Origin: Octopus vulgaris
Lineage: Eukaryota
NCBI GenBank assembly: GCA_951406725.2
Contig: OX597837.1
Span: forward strand, 4,464,001 to 4,528,000
Direction: 5' to 3'
DNA: 64,000 bases
Below, in pieces: positions 40,091 through 54,529 of the stretch (its first letter is position 1; every line of letters begins with the position of its first letter). The translations under genes and the position numbers were made by a program. The notes below the pieces were generated by a model that was not told the DNA's origin, made no database searches, and saw only the letters and a program-made list of their open reading frames with translations.

Positions 40091-40342
40091 AAATGTTCCT
40101 TCTCGAGCCATGCCAGGCTCATAAGGGCCAGTTTCCCGGTTTCAGCGGCGTGTAGGTTCCCCACCTGGACGGAACGCCGGTCCGTCGCAGCGTTACTCAT
40201 TTTTGCCAGCTGAGTGGACTGGAGCAACGTGAAATGAAGTGTTTTGCCCAAGAACACGACGCATCACCCGGTCCAGGAATCGAAACCACAACTCACTTAT
40301 GATCATGAGTTCAACACCCTAACCATTAAGCCACACACCTCC
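40091..40342 (-). mobile_element. tRNA-head SINE with V/Meta-like central domain
   Basis: Minus: GTTTCGATTCC box B, CTTGGGCAAAACACTT, CTCCAGTCCACTCAGCTG, CTGCGACGGAC. Confidence 0.75.
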
Positions 40343-40778
40343 ACATATACACACATACACACAAATATATATATAGAGAGAGTGACATGGTGTATGTATG
40401 GGCGTGTGTGTATATGTGATGGGGGCATGTGGTGAGATGTGCAGCTGTGTGTGTGTCTGTGTCTGTGTCTGTGTGTGTCTGTGTGTCCTCGTGCATGTAC
40501 TGTAAAACTAACGGCTGATTTGATTATCATTGATCTTACCGAAATTTCGTAATATTGAACAAGGCGCAAAATCCATAGAATGCTTGAAAATTTAAGTTAA
40601 TATATGAACAGAGGTTTAAAGTGGACCGTAGTAGTCATGTGCTGTTGCAAAACTTAACATAAATCCCATTGACATTCAAATTTCATATTACTGTAGCGAA
40701 AATGCGAAAGTCAGGATATGGAGAATATAGTATTTTCATCTTATAATAATTCTGCTCGTCGTTACGTTACTTAGCCCG

Positions 40779-41117
40779 TCGGTAACGCTTTCACATGATT
40801 AGAGAAAAAAAGTGGGTGAGAAAGAGAGAGACGCCTTTATGGCGTGAGGTAGAGGGAACGTAATTGTTACGCTTTCACGTGATTAGTTGAAGAGAAAGAG
40901 AAGACAAAGAACAAGAGAGAGAAAAAAGAGATGAGGAGAAAGAGTGGGACAAAAAGAGGGGGTGAGGGAGAGAGAAAAAGTGCGTTCATGACGTGTGGTA
41001 GGGGGAACGAAATATTTATTATGTGGTTGAAAAAGTTAGTTGAAGGTAGAGAAAGAGAGTTAAAAATATAATTTTAGCAGAGGAGGGATGTCTCTAATCA
41101 CGTGAAAGCGTTACCGA
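40779..41117. mobile_element. MITE-like element with 27-bp inverted ends
   Basis: TCGGTAACGCTTTCACATGATTAGAGA / TCTCTAATCACGTGAAAGCGTTACCGA (1 mismatch). A ~35-bp internal piece recurs at ~38700. Confidence 0.7.
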
Positions 41118-41816
41118 AAGACACTCAGACACACACACAAACACACACACACACACACACACTCACTCACAAACACTCACTCACACATCTTACCACACGC
41201 ACACACATGCCCATGCATACACCATGTCACTTTATATATATTTGTGTTTGTATGTGTGGGTATATATATATGTGTGTATGTACATATACATACATGTGTG
41301 GGTATATATATATGTGTCCATATGCTTACATATATATATGTATATGTATATATATATATGTATATGTATGTATAAATATATTTATGTACAGATGTATATA
41401 TATATCTATACATATATGTATGCATGCATATATATGCATACATATATGCATACATACATATATAAATATATATATGTATATATATACGCGCATAAAAACA
41501 TACATACCTTATTTATATATACATGCACATATATATAAATATATATATAAAAATGCCTACATATACATACATACCTAAATACATATATGCACACATATAT
41601 ACATATATATGCATAAATATATATATGTATATATGAACATAAAAAGATATATAAATATATTTACACACGAACATACACACACTACGCACACACGCACAAA
41701 TATCTGTCTATCTATCTCACTATCTATCTATATATATGTGTGTGTGTGTGTTTGTGTGTGAGTGTGTGTGTGTGTGCGTATATACGTATATATGTATATA
41801 TATATATTCTTATATG

Positions 41817-41847
<31 letters not shown>

Positions 41848-41870
41848 GTATATATATATGTGTATATATA

Positions 41871-41956
<86 letters not shown>

Positions 41957-42649
41957 ACAAATGCTAGTTTCAGGTGAAATTACATAGCTTCCAGTCATTA
42001 CTTTTAGTTTGTAGAGGTTTTGTGGTGATACATCAAAAAGCGTATCGTATAAGCAAGTGATATTATTGTAAAACAACATTCATACTGCATCAAATAGTTT
42101 TGTATTGTTAATGTGTTACTAATGTGTTTATTCAGCGCGTTCCATAGTTTATATTATACATATAAATACAAATTTGTTTCATTTATCAGCTTGATTACTG
42201 GTAAATTACTCAAAGTAGATACTAATTGTGACAAATTTTGTAATTGCAGCTCCTAAAATATAATTTATAATCTCAAGTTCTTCATTTAGTTCTTCAGACT
42301 TTCGGAATTTTTATGTAGTTGCATTCTTTGCTGCTGTACGTAAATGCCTGCCCAACTACCTACGTATGTACGATCGTACGTTTATAACTTACCTAATTAT
42401 CTAGCCAGACAGTTATCTATCTAACTATCTAACTGCCGCCTATGTTCATACAGAAGTATCGACCAGCCTACAAGCATTCATACATATTTATATATGAATG
42501 TATAGATATATATATAGATAGATAGATAGACAGTTATTTGTGCGTGTGTGCGTGCGTGCTGTGTACGTGTTTGTGTGTAAATATAGTTATATATCCTTTT
42601 ATGCCCATATATATACACATATATATATATATATATATACATATATATT

Positions 42650-42703
<54 letters not shown>

Positions 42704-43275
42704 TACATATATGTATATATGTGTGCATATATGTATTCAGGTATGTGTGTATGTAGGCATTTATATATATATATGCATGCATATATAATTAAGGTATGTA
42801 CGTTTTTATGCACGTATATATATATGTATATACACGCACACATATATATTTATACATACATGCATACGTACGTATACACACATACACATATATATATACA
42901 CACATATATATATATGTATATGTATGTATATATATATATATACATATATATGTGCATGTATATATATATATATATATATATGAGTTTATGTGTGTGTATA
43001 TATGTATATAAAACTACACAAAACCGTGAGCTCTCTTCGCTTAAAAGGGCCTGGTCGCGTTGATGAACAATAAAAATATCCAATAAACAATTTGTTTTAA
43101 AGTAGTTATGTTGTGTTATATAATTCGCCGTTTTGTGAAGCATTGCAAACTGCTGGTTATATTAATTTTATTGATGCACATTAGCAAATCGCTAAACCAT
43201 CCTATAATTTGGATGGCGAAAACATAAATACTAATGGTGAAGTGCTTCTGGAAAGAGATGAACAATCAAGATACC

Positions 43276-43322
43276 TTGACTGATGAGGCAAGGGAAATTG
43301 CCGAATCTGACGTTAGTATTAA
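43276..43322 (+). ncRNA. Hammerhead motif with A15.1U substitution
   Basis: TTGA CTGATGA GGCAA GGGAAA TTGCC GAA TCTGACGTTAGT A TTAA. Confidence 0.62.
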
Positions 43323-43514
43323 AAATTCTTGATCGGCACTTTTCGCAATATTGTGGTCCCTGTCAGTATATATGTTTTCATTCATTTGCGTTAACTACAT
43401 CATTACAGCGTTTTACCCCTTCTTTCTAGCAATGTAGTTATTTGTATATATACATATGTGAGGGGGGTGCATGTGTGAGTTTATATATATGTATACATAC
43501 ATATGCATACATAG

Positions 43515-43699
43515 TCGCCATGATAGATCATTAGCCACTACACACATTTTTTTCTCTCCTTGTTTTTTTCTGTGTCCCTTTCTGTAGAAGAGTGTAGGCT
43601 CGAAACGTAAAAGACTTTTTCAATTTCTGAGCGTTATCCTAAAACATGTTTGTTTTGTACATCACCTGACATCGTCTTTTGTTTTTTTCGTAAACTCTT

Positions 43700-43760
<61 letters not shown>

Positions 43761-43927
43761 ATATATATATGTACATTTTTTCTCTCCTTGTTTTTTCTGT
43801 GTCCCTTTTTGTAGAAGAGCGTAGACTCGAAACGTAAAAGGCTTTTTCAATTCCTGAGCGTTATACTAATACATCTGTTTGTTTTGTACACCACCTGTCT
43901 TCGTCTTTTGTTTTTTTCGTAAACTCT

Positions 43928-43931
<4 letters not shown>
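43515..43931 (+). mobile_element. Two tandem copies of ~190-bp element family H carrying a CUGUAGA hammerhead variant
   Basis: CTTT CTGTAGA A GAGT GTAG GCTC GAA ACGT A AAAG at 43578-43613; mutated copy at ~43805-43840; each ends in (TA)n. Confidence 0.8.
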
Positions 43932-43970
<39 letters not shown>

Positions 43971-44175
43971 TATTTATATTTATACATATACATATATATA
44001 TATGTATGTATGTATGTATGTATTATTGTTTGAAAGTAAAAGAACAGATTAACAAAAGCAAAAATTTGAAAACCATTAAACTGGAATTGGTGTCTCTTCA
44101 GTTGATTTACTGGTAATGACGTCATGTACAGACACATAAAAACAAATGCATATGTCTATATACATACATATATGT

Positions 44176-44229
<54 letters not shown>

Positions 44230-44779
44230 GTATATATATGCTATCACATAATCATATGTGGTGTATGATATCTATCTACGTCTAACTATTTGTATATATA
44301 CCATGTGTGTGTTTGTTTATTTATGTGTGTTTGTATACATATATAAGACCGTATATATGCATGTATATAGAAATATATATTTAAAGCCATTGTTCATCGT
44401 ATGACTCTCTTTTAATAATCAGCTTTGAAATTCAATAGAAGCGGGTGTGTCAATGTTTGTGTGTAACAATGGAAAATTGTCATGAGAGGAAATGAGAAAA
44501 CGCATTAATTAATATACGGAGTGGAAACGAATATAGAAATCTGATATAACATATATTCTGATCATTGTTGTCGCTCTCATTGACGTAGTTCATACGCCGA
44601 CACGTATAGAAGTGGTAGGTTTTACGATCTTAATTAATATGTATACACGACATATAAATTACTAATTAAATGTCTATGAGTTTTCGACAGAATACCATGA
44701 ATACACAAAGTAGAATGTTCCCGAAATACATACATATATATATATATGTATATATATACACAGACACACAGACACACAG

Positions 44780-44868
<89 letters not shown>

Positions 44869-44875
44869 AGTAGCG

Positions 44876-45175
44876 CTTCATCGGTTACGACGATGAGAGT
44901 TCCAATTGAGCCAATAAGCGGAAAGGCCGATTCTTGAAGTTAAAGTGCCGTGGTTTGAGCACTCACGCAGACATAACATAGTTTTCATGATGTGACAGGT
45001 TTGGCCCTTTCAAATAAAGGTACTACTCATTTTTACCAGCTGAAGGTACTGAAGCTACGTGAAATAAAAGTAGCTTGCTCATGGACTGGATTTGCCGTTG
45101 GTAATCGAATTCACAAACTCTAAACCACTAAACCGTTGGTAATCGAATTCACAAACTCTAAACCACTAAACCACG
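44876..45175 (-). mobile_element. Degenerate SINE (mosaic of the 20434 tail and 40091 centre) with a short tandem duplication
   Basis: ACTCATTTTTACCAGCTGA; CCGTTGGTAATCGAATTCACAAACTCTAAACCACTAAA twice. Confidence 0.6.
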
Positions 45176-45420
45176 CATATATATATATATATATATATAT
45201 ATAAACAACATTTTTTTATAATTATGAGTATAATTATAACTGATCGTGGATTCTAGATATTTGTAGGTCTATATGTGAATGCGTATAATTTGTATGAGAA
45301 ATTTGTAACTTTGATATGTGCTTTTATATACATGTGTGTATATTGTGTATGCATGTATGTATGTGAATGTATGTATAAGTATGTATTTATATATGTATAT
45401 ATCTATATCTATCTATTTAT

Positions 45421-45614
45421 ATAGATCATTAGCTACTACACAAACAATTTTTTTCTCGATGTTTCTCTCCTTGTTTTTTTCTGTGTATCTTTCCGTAGAA
45501 GAGCGTAGGCTCGAAACGTAAAATACTTTTTCTATTCCTGAGCGCTATACTAATACATTTGTTTGTTTGTACACCACCTACCTTCGTCTTTTGTTTATTT
45601 TCGTAAACTTTCCC
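45421..45614 (+). mobile_element. Element family H copy
   Basis: CTTT CCGTAGA A GAGC GTAG GCTC GAA ACGT A AAAT at 45489-45524. Confidence 0.8.
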
Positions 45615-45616
45615 TT

Positions 45617-45649
<33 letters not shown>

Positions 45650-46324
45650 TTCTGTGCGTGTGTGTGTGTGTGTGTGCGTGTTTGTCTATGAAGGCTGTGC
45701 CTCTCCACTTCTAGTATATGGAGTATGGGTGTATCTGCCTATATACACGCACATTAGAATATTTCGACTTGTACTTAGGGGAGCATGCCTGCGTTCTTGT
45801 ATGCTTATAAGTATATTATATGTATTTTTAGACGTGCATTTGAATATAACTGAGCGTATGGTCATGTGCACGTATGTAGGAGTGCGCGTATGTGTGGATA
45901 TGTATACGTGTACATGCATGGTTGCATATATATGTGCAAATTGTGGCGTATGTTTTGGTGCGCATGTGTGTGTTCCATGTAAGTGTGAGCGAGCATATGC
46001 ATATAGGCACATGTACGTGGGTGTGCGTGCACGCATGTGTATGTATGTACATGCAAGCTTACGCGATTGCTATGAGGAGTTTTACTCCTTTACTTCTTAC
46101 TTCATCCCCTTCGGTATTTCCCCCTATTTAACGGTTATTCTACTGGCTCTTTTGTCTTAATAACGGTCAATTCCATAGTAATTTCGCTTGTTTAACGGTG
46201 TTTTTCATAGCATATTTTGATTGCCTCGACAATTGAAGAGATGCCGGAGCTATATCCGCCCCAACATCAGAAACTCGAAGTTAGTTTTATTATGGCAACC
46301 GAATAATTGTCACATACTATTCTA

Positions 46325-46379
<55 letters not shown>

Positions 46380-46404
46380 ATACATACATACATACATACA
46401 TACA

Positions 46405-46440
<36 letters not shown>

Positions 46441-47024
46441 TATAAGCTTCTCCGTTGCTGTCTCTAGCGGATATATACTAAATGATTATTAGTTTTAAAA
46501 AGGAAGAGCAACCGACGCTATTGTACACTAGATGCGTAACATGGCACAGTACTGATAATTATTATCAAACAAGAATATTTTATATATGTGTGTGTGTGTT
46601 TGTGTGAACAAAGATATATGTGTGTGTGTGTGTGTGTGTGTGCATGCATATATCTGTATTTATTCATGCAATAATCAAACGCCCATATATACACATTGTA
46701 GCAAAGAGTGTGAAGGTTTCAGTGCATTACTCGATGTGTAATAAATAATTTATCCAATGCACTTGAAACCAAGGAGAATGTCAACAAAGGAGAAAGGTCT
46801 TGCTGAGATGATGTCGGTCGAAAAGATCGTTGCGCCAAGTACTGAATGAAAGAAAACATATCTGTAAAATTCATCACGTTTCTAGTACTTAGAATGGGAA
46901 GGAATTCCACTTGAATTGAACAAAATTCAACGAAGCTAACGCGCCCGTTCGCGCACACTCGTTCCCACACACATATACATACATATGTACATTGTTATCT
47001 TAATTTTCAAGATTCTAAGTGTGT

Positions 47025-47065
47025 CTACCTACCTACCTACCTACCTACCTACCTACCTACCTACA

Positions 47066-47154
<89 letters not shown>

Positions 47155-47378
47155 GTTTATATCTATATCTATATATTTATACAACCATACATATGTATAT
47201 GTATATATATAATAATAAAATTATTACACTGATGGTCGAAACATATGTTGTGCCTTATAACAGTCTATTACGAAATCCATCTCCTACTATTAATTAATAC
47301 AATATGTGTGTGTGTAGGTGTATATACATATGTATATGTATGTATGTGGATGCGTGTGTGTTTTTATTTATGTGTGTT

Positions 47379-47413
<35 letters not shown>

Positions 47414-47735
47414 GTGTTCGTCAGTTTGTGCGTTTGCATGCGTTTGTGTGTCCTCGTGGCGTGTGAGTGTTTGTCTACGTGTGTGTATGTCTGCGTGCGT
47501 ATTTGTACGTTTGCGTGTGTATGTGTGTATGTGTGTAAGTGTGTGAGCGTTTGTCTGTGTGTGTTTGCGTGTTTGTGTGTGTGCGTGCGTTTGTGTGTAT
47601 ATGTGGGTCTGTGTGTGAGTGTTTGTCTGTGTGTGTGCGTGTTTGTGCGCATGCGTGCGTTTGTGTGTATGTGTGAGTGTATGTGTGAGTATTTGCCTAT
47701 GTGATTGTGTATGCGTGTGTGTGTGTGCGTGTATG
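47025..47735. repeat. (CTAC)n(TATC)n tract followed by a degenerate (TG)n tract
   Basis: Direct reading. Confidence 0.85.
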
Positions 47736-47981
47736 TATCTGCTGAATAAATCGATAAATCAAATCAATAAATTCTTTCAGAAGAAATCATTGAAAAAACA
47801 TGACGAAAACGAAAAAAGCCAATAGTTAATGGAGTGCAACATGTGAAAGAAATCTATTTGTCATTGATTAATCTTTATTAATTTTTTTTTTCTTTTTCTG
47901 TCCCCGAAAGGAAATTATTTCCAGTTAGCTTTTGCAATGATGCTTAAGATCAAATATGTTATCATGTTCGCCCTCACCTTC

Positions 47982-48023
<42 letters not shown>

Positions 48024-48203
48024 TCTCTATCTATCTATCTATCCATCTCTGATGAGCATACATATGTATATATATATATATTACGTATATGCATATTATA
48101 TATATACGTATACGTATGAATATATATATACGTATATATATTAAATATATATAAATAGTATATATATATATATACATATATATGTACTATATACATATGC
48201 ATG

Positions 48204-48237
<34 letters not shown>

Positions 48238-49072
48238 CACAGACACAGACAGAGACGGAGAAAGCGGGAGAGGGATAGAGACAGAACGATGTGTATGTAT
48301 ATGTGTGTGTGTGTGTGTCTGTGTATGTATATACATAACGTATACACACTCATAAGATACATGCACACGCACATTCGGTCACACCTGTGTATGTCTGTGT
48401 GCGTGCGTGCGTGCGTGTGAGTATGTGTGTGCATGTGTGTGCGTATGTATATACATCGACAACCTCCCACATATACATATATAACTCTACTTGTATACAT
48501 GTATATATATATATACATTTATATGCAGGCCTAGACGCACCCGTGCACGCACATACGCACATACACTCACACACACCCACACACAAATACGCACTGAAAG
48601 TTTTAGTCATATTGTATTAAATGTAAAACCACAAATTGAACCACAATTATCACAGTTGTAAACTTCTCACACAAAGCGAATAAAGTTAAGATATCTGTGA
48701 CAAATTATTTATTTGATCATTTCAGCATTTATTTAACTTCCATTAACTATATGGCTTTAGCTATGCATGGCGTTTACATTAACGGCCCTTTTGATGTCAA
48801 TTCACATCTCATCAAACTTAACTTTACATGTCATCCATCCGTAATTGATAGATTAATGGCATTATGATATAACTGACAGGCTATATTCTTCCACCACGAT
48901 GGCACTTTGCTCTTGTGTGACATGTGCTCTCATTGTATGGCATATGCTGTCATGAATATTACATTTTAAATCTTTTTGTCTCTAGAAAACGCAGTCCTTG
49001 TGACTCTCTACAAGACCTCCGAAACTGTTCGGTGGAATTTTTGGGGAAGAAGAAATATTCGACAGGATGAAA

Positions 49073-49215
49073 AGCAACTCGATCCCGGGACTTATTCTTT
49101 TGTAAGCCCAGTACTTATTCTATCGGTCTCTTTTGCCGAACCGCTAAGTAACGGGGACATAAACACACCAGCATCGATTGTCAAGCAATGCTAGGAGAAC
49201 AAACACAGACGCACA
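49073..49215 (-). mobile_element. SINE family A internal fragment
   Basis: CGGGACTTATTCTTTTGTAAGCCCAGTACTTATTCTATCGGTCTC. Confidence 0.85.
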
Positions 49216-49225
49216 AACACACTCA

Positions 49226-49304
<79 letters not shown>

Positions 49305-49306
<2 letters not shown>

Positions 49307-49589
49307 AGGCGCCATGGCCTAGTGGTTAGGGCAGCGGACTCGCGGTCGCAGGATCGCGGTTTCGATTCCCAGACCGGGCGTTGTGTGTGTTTATTGAGCG
49401 AAAACACCTAACAACTCCACGAGGCTCCGGCAGGGGGTGGTGATACCTGCTGTACTCTTTCACCGCTCTTTCTTCTGTTGGCCTGCTCGCTTAGCCAGCG
49501 GGGTGGCGTCAATCGAAGGCTAAAACAATGCGAACGCATTGTGACCAGCGATGTGTAACAACATCTGATGGTCTGGTCGGTCACGTGAT

Positions 49590-49596
<7 letters not shown>
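49305..49596 (+). mobile_element. SINE family C (tRNA-like head, GATCACGT tail)
   Basis: Box A TGGCCTAGTGG, box B GTTTCGATTCC; copies at 51421 (-) and 60158 (+). Confidence 0.9.
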
Positions 49597-49640
<44 letters not shown>

Positions 49641-49802
49641 GAGATAGGGGTTGAAAATTCAACCCACCATGGGATAACACATATCCAATATACTGCTAGA
49701 GAGGTACCCAACAATACTAATACAAAAATGTTAAAAATTGCCATGCAATTAATTCATCTACTGTATTATGTGGGCAAAGGTAAAAATATTACCGTAAATT
49801 AA

Positions 49803-50435
49803 TACTACAAAATTAGAAAATGGAGAAACATACTTAAATCAATCAAACATCAACCATCAGATGATACCCAATCAATACTTTATTACACCATTACATAACA
49901 GCAAAAGCATTATACAAAATATATTGTAAATATAATTAGACAAGGGAATAGAAATATAAAATATAATATATAATTATATCATATCTGACAGCTGTTTTGG
50001 CCGTGAGGACAAGTATGCCTCATTTAACCTATAAGCCATATAAGGCAGGTATAAATGAGACATTAACAAGGATGTCCCACGGCTTCTTCAGAGAATTTAA
50101 TTTATTATAAGTGTGAAAAAAAAATTTTTTATACACATAAATATAAAAATATAAAATATAAAAACGTGTGCATAGATAATCATAATACTACACATATATA
50201 TATACTCATTAATACAATAATACAAAATAAACAAAACAAAATATATCAATATATATTAACAAACACAGTTATTCTACATATTGGGCTTCTAGTTCCAAAA
50301 CTAACCTACAGGAAAATATATGCACACTCACATTTAAATTTAAATCAGACATATACATAAAAAAATAATAAAAAGACACACAGTTCAGTTCATAAAATTA
50401 TAAACCTATAAAAGTCAATAAAAATTACTATTAAT

Positions 50436-50476
<41 letters not shown>

Positions 50477-50918
50477 CAACCATGTCTGTACCAAGTACAT
50501 CAATCGGACATCTACATATCTATAAGTCTGATTCTTCTGTCCGCTTGATATTGATTATTCTAGATTGATTCGATTGGCTTATAGTTTTAGATTTGAATCA
50601 CAAAAGAAATTTTACGGTTAGTTAGTCAAGAAACGCACAAATGCACACGCACATCCACAGATCAATCGCACATACATACATAATTATATGTATACACACA
50701 CACATACACTCATACACATACATATCCACAAACACCGTCAAACACATAAATAAATAAATAATTAAATAAATAATATTTCCTTGTCTAATTATATTTACAA
50801 TATATTTTGTATAATGCCTTTGGTGTTATGTAATGGTGTAATAAAGTATTGATTGGGTATCATCTGATGGTTGATGTTTGATTGATTTAAGTATGTTTCT
50901 CCATTTTCTAATTTTGTA

Positions 50919-50921
<3 letters not shown>
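49803..50921. mobile_element. 148-bp inverted repeats enclosing a hammerhead motif (inverted pLTR-like arrangement)
   Basis: 49803-49950 is the reverse complement of 50774-50921; the right arm abuts (TA)n. Confidence 0.8.
49983..50094 (-). ncRNA. Hammerhead motif with long stem II and G12A substitution
   Basis: Minus: TCT CTGAAGA A GCCGTGGGACA...TGTCCTCACGGC C AAA ACAGCTGT C AGA. Confidence 0.65.
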
Positions 50922-50958
<37 letters not shown>

Positions 50959-50960
<2 letters not shown>

Positions 50961-51118
50961 GACAGGTTTATTTTCAGTTTCCGTCTACCAAATCCACACA
51001 CAAGGCTTTGGTCGGCCCGAGGCTTTAGCAGAAGACACTCGCCCAAGGTGCCACGCAGTGGGACTGAACCCGAAACCATGTGGTTGGTAAACAAGCTACT
51101 TCCCACAGAGCCACTCCT
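50959..51118 (-). mobile_element. SINE family A 5' half
   Basis: Breaks at the internal (TA)n. Confidence 0.85.
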
Positions 51119-51420
51119 GGAAATAATTATAAAGCATTTCATTTATTTTTCTTCAATTTAATCGTTTTTCTTGTTTTAAAAGAGTCGAAAAAACTGAAAC
51201 CAGTACTAACCTTTACAAAATGTATTTCACGATAAAATTCTTTTAGCATTTTCTACCTTATCATATTTACCTTATACATATCAACGCGTGTGTTACTTTT
51301 CAACCTTCTACATATATCTGTGTGTGTGTGTGTAACTATGGCTGGCTGGCTGGTTGTATGTATCATATGGCAAAATGTAGCACGTACTCTATGTATGCAT
51401 ATATCATGATGTGACCACCA

Positions 51421-51720
51421 CCACGTGACCGACCAGACCATTAGATGTTGCTACACATCGCTGGTCACAATGCGTTCGCATTGTTTTAGCCTTCGAATGA
51501 CGCCACCCCGCTGGCTAAGCGAGCAGGCCAACAGAAGAAACAGTGGGAGAAAGAGTGGTGAAAGAGTACAACATGGGTCGCCGCCACCCCCTGCCGGAGC
51601 CTCGTGGAGCTTTTTAGGTGTTTTCGCTCAATAAACACTCACAACGCCCGGTCTGGGAATCGAGACCGCGATCCTGCGACCGCGAGTCCGCTGTCCTAAC
51701 CACTAGGCCATTGTGCCTCC
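51421..51720 (-). mobile_element. SINE family C
   Basis: Reverse complement of the 49305 copy. Confidence 0.9.
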
Positions 51721-52202
51721 ACATATCATGATGTACACATAATGATATAGGGCGCAGAGTTCATGTAGGTGTATACCACATGACGTACGCAGACCAGGAT
51801 TATAAAGATGATAAATTTGCTTTATATAAATGTTACAAGGTTTTACATTTTAAATCACGTTTTAAGAATCGAATTCCGGGAAAGCATTTCTAATCATCCA
51901 ACAGAAGCCACCACTGGAATTAATCAGAGAAAACCGTATTCTTATTCACTCCATTTACGTCATTAGATGGAATTTGATAAAAAGGAATTATGATTACGAT
52001 GATGAAGTTAAGATGGAGCGTAATTTACTGTTAACTACTCCATCTTCCATTAAAGTATCTGGTCTGAGAACAATAAGCAGCCTAATCAACTATCAGTGGA
52101 TTGAATAATGAATTTATTTATGGTTGCCTATAGATCGTACCCAGATATGTATTAAGCTGTATTCATCAGTTTCTTCTCTCTGAGAAATCAGATGTGAATA
52201 GG

Positions 52203-52245
<43 letters not shown>

Positions 52246-52258
52246 CTATGTCTGTATA

Positions 52259-52345
<87 letters not shown>

Positions 52346-52406
52346 GTGTATTATATATATATATATATATATATAATGTGTGTGTGTAATATATACAGAC
52401 ATAGAC

Positions 52407-52761
<355 letters not shown>

Positions 52762-53149
52762 ACTACCATTTCCACAATGTTACTTTAGTAGTTATGTAAG
52801 CATTTATGTATCTTCACACATACGCGTATGTGGATCTGCATTGTTTAATCTCTGCATATGTACATATAAATATGTGTGTATGTTGACGAGCGTGTATATA
52901 CACATCTAATTTCTAAACTGTAATGCCATATATAATTTCACAATTCCACTAATGCATCATGATTGCAATTACTAAACAGTTTTATAATTTCTGGAGGGAC
53001 GTAGTTTAGAGTTTAGAGTGTTACACTCTTGATGGTATGATTGTGGTTTCGATTCCTTGACCGGGTGAAGCCTTGGGGTTTACATTTCACGTCGCTCCAG
53101 TCCGCTCAAGTGGCAAAAGTGAATATTTCTGCAAAAGACTGGCATCCCT

Positions 53150-54470
53150 TCCGGATAAGAATTACATAGGCCTTCGGAATCATCTGCAGCTTTTTTGGAC
53201 GGTCCCCTTGTTTTATTTCGTGAATAATGCCATAATCCTTACCTTCAGTATTTCTTTGGTATTACAGGAAGTTTTGTTAGTCTCTTGCTCAACTGTGCCA
53301 CACACAATAATCAAGGGGTTTGCAGATTGGGGAGCTAGATGGATAGATGTTGGGAGTAATGTAGTCACAGAAATTGTCTGACGGCCATGGCTGGGTTCCC
53401 CTGCTTGTGTAGCATGGTGCAGGGTCCTGTTGCCAGAGGTAGGGACCTCCATCCGTCACCCACTTGACCCAGGGCAGCTCTACCTTCTCCAGGCACTTGA
53501 TGTAGGCCTCCGTGTTGAGTCTGAGGCCGTGTGGAAAACTGAATGTAGGCATAACGTCGCCATCACTAGTGATCACACCAAACGCCGTGGTGTTGATTCT
53601 TTCACTCTTTTACTCTTTTACTTGTTTCAGTCATTTGACTGCGGCCATGCTGGAGCACCGCCTTTAATCGAGCAACTCGACCCCGGGACTTATTCTTTTG
53701 TAAGCCCAGTACTTATTCTATCGGTCTCTTTTGCCGAACCGCTAAGTAACGGTGACATAAACACACCAGCATCGGTTGTCAAGCAATGCTAGGGGCACAA
53801 ACTCAGACACACGAACATACACACACACATATATATACATATATATACATATATACGATGGGTTTCTTTCAGTTTCCGTCTACCAAATCCACTCACAAGG
53901 CTTTGGTCGGCCCGCGGCTATAGTAGAAGACACTTACCCAAGGTGCCACGCAGTGGGACTGAACCCGGAAGCATGTGGTTGGTAAACAAGCTACTTACCA
54001 CACAGCCACTCCTAGTGGGACTGATACCGGAACCATGTGGCTGGTAAACAAGCTACTTACCACACAGCCACTCCTGCGCCTATGGATATTTGATTTTTAT
54101 CACACTCGATACAGTGACCTGATTTACTTGGAAGGATCGTTGCCAAATCATGGCCTAGATCTGAACAACAAATACAGGAGTTTTGTTTCTTATGAAACGA
54201 TCAGAGTGGGTTTTCTGAGCTGCCGTACCTTCAAAAACACCATTAGACACATTCTACTCTTTCCGAATCTTCTGCATTGTCCTAAGTTTGACACCCAAAA
54301 ACTCGTATTGGAGCTTGAGGTGCGAATGCCAAGCAGGACAATATGTCGTTTCCAAATTTCTGGAAGAGTGAATTGTGTCTTGGCATTCTTTTTCTCATAG
54401 ACGGTGCCCAACTGACTCTACTATACTGTGTAGTCGACAACACAGTGTGCATGTGTGAAATCAAAAATAT
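53150..54470 (-). pseudogene. maT/DD37D (Tc1-mariner superfamily) transposase relic interrupted by a SINE
   Basis: WQQD-(37 aa)-DY in the ORF at 53289-53576. Putative N-terminal part (KRHIVLLGIR...GTAAQKTHSDR...NDPSK) at ~54110-54400. Confidence 0.8.
53598..54080 (-). mobile_element. SINE family A with duplicated head
   Basis: Head segment present twice (~53953-54013 and ~54015-54080). Confidence 0.9.
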
Positions 54471-54529
54471 ATAATGGATACAATTTACCCATCGCACACT
54501 GTATAAATATATATATTTATATTTATATT

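Noticed and set aside
47226-47252. CACTGATGGTCGAAACATATGTTGTG
   Set aside because: Looks like a hammerhead relic with stem II deleted; it cannot fold, so it was not counted.
49305-49380. tRNA gene
   Set aside because: Has A and B boxes, but the acceptor stem does not pair and it continues into a multi-copy SINE body.
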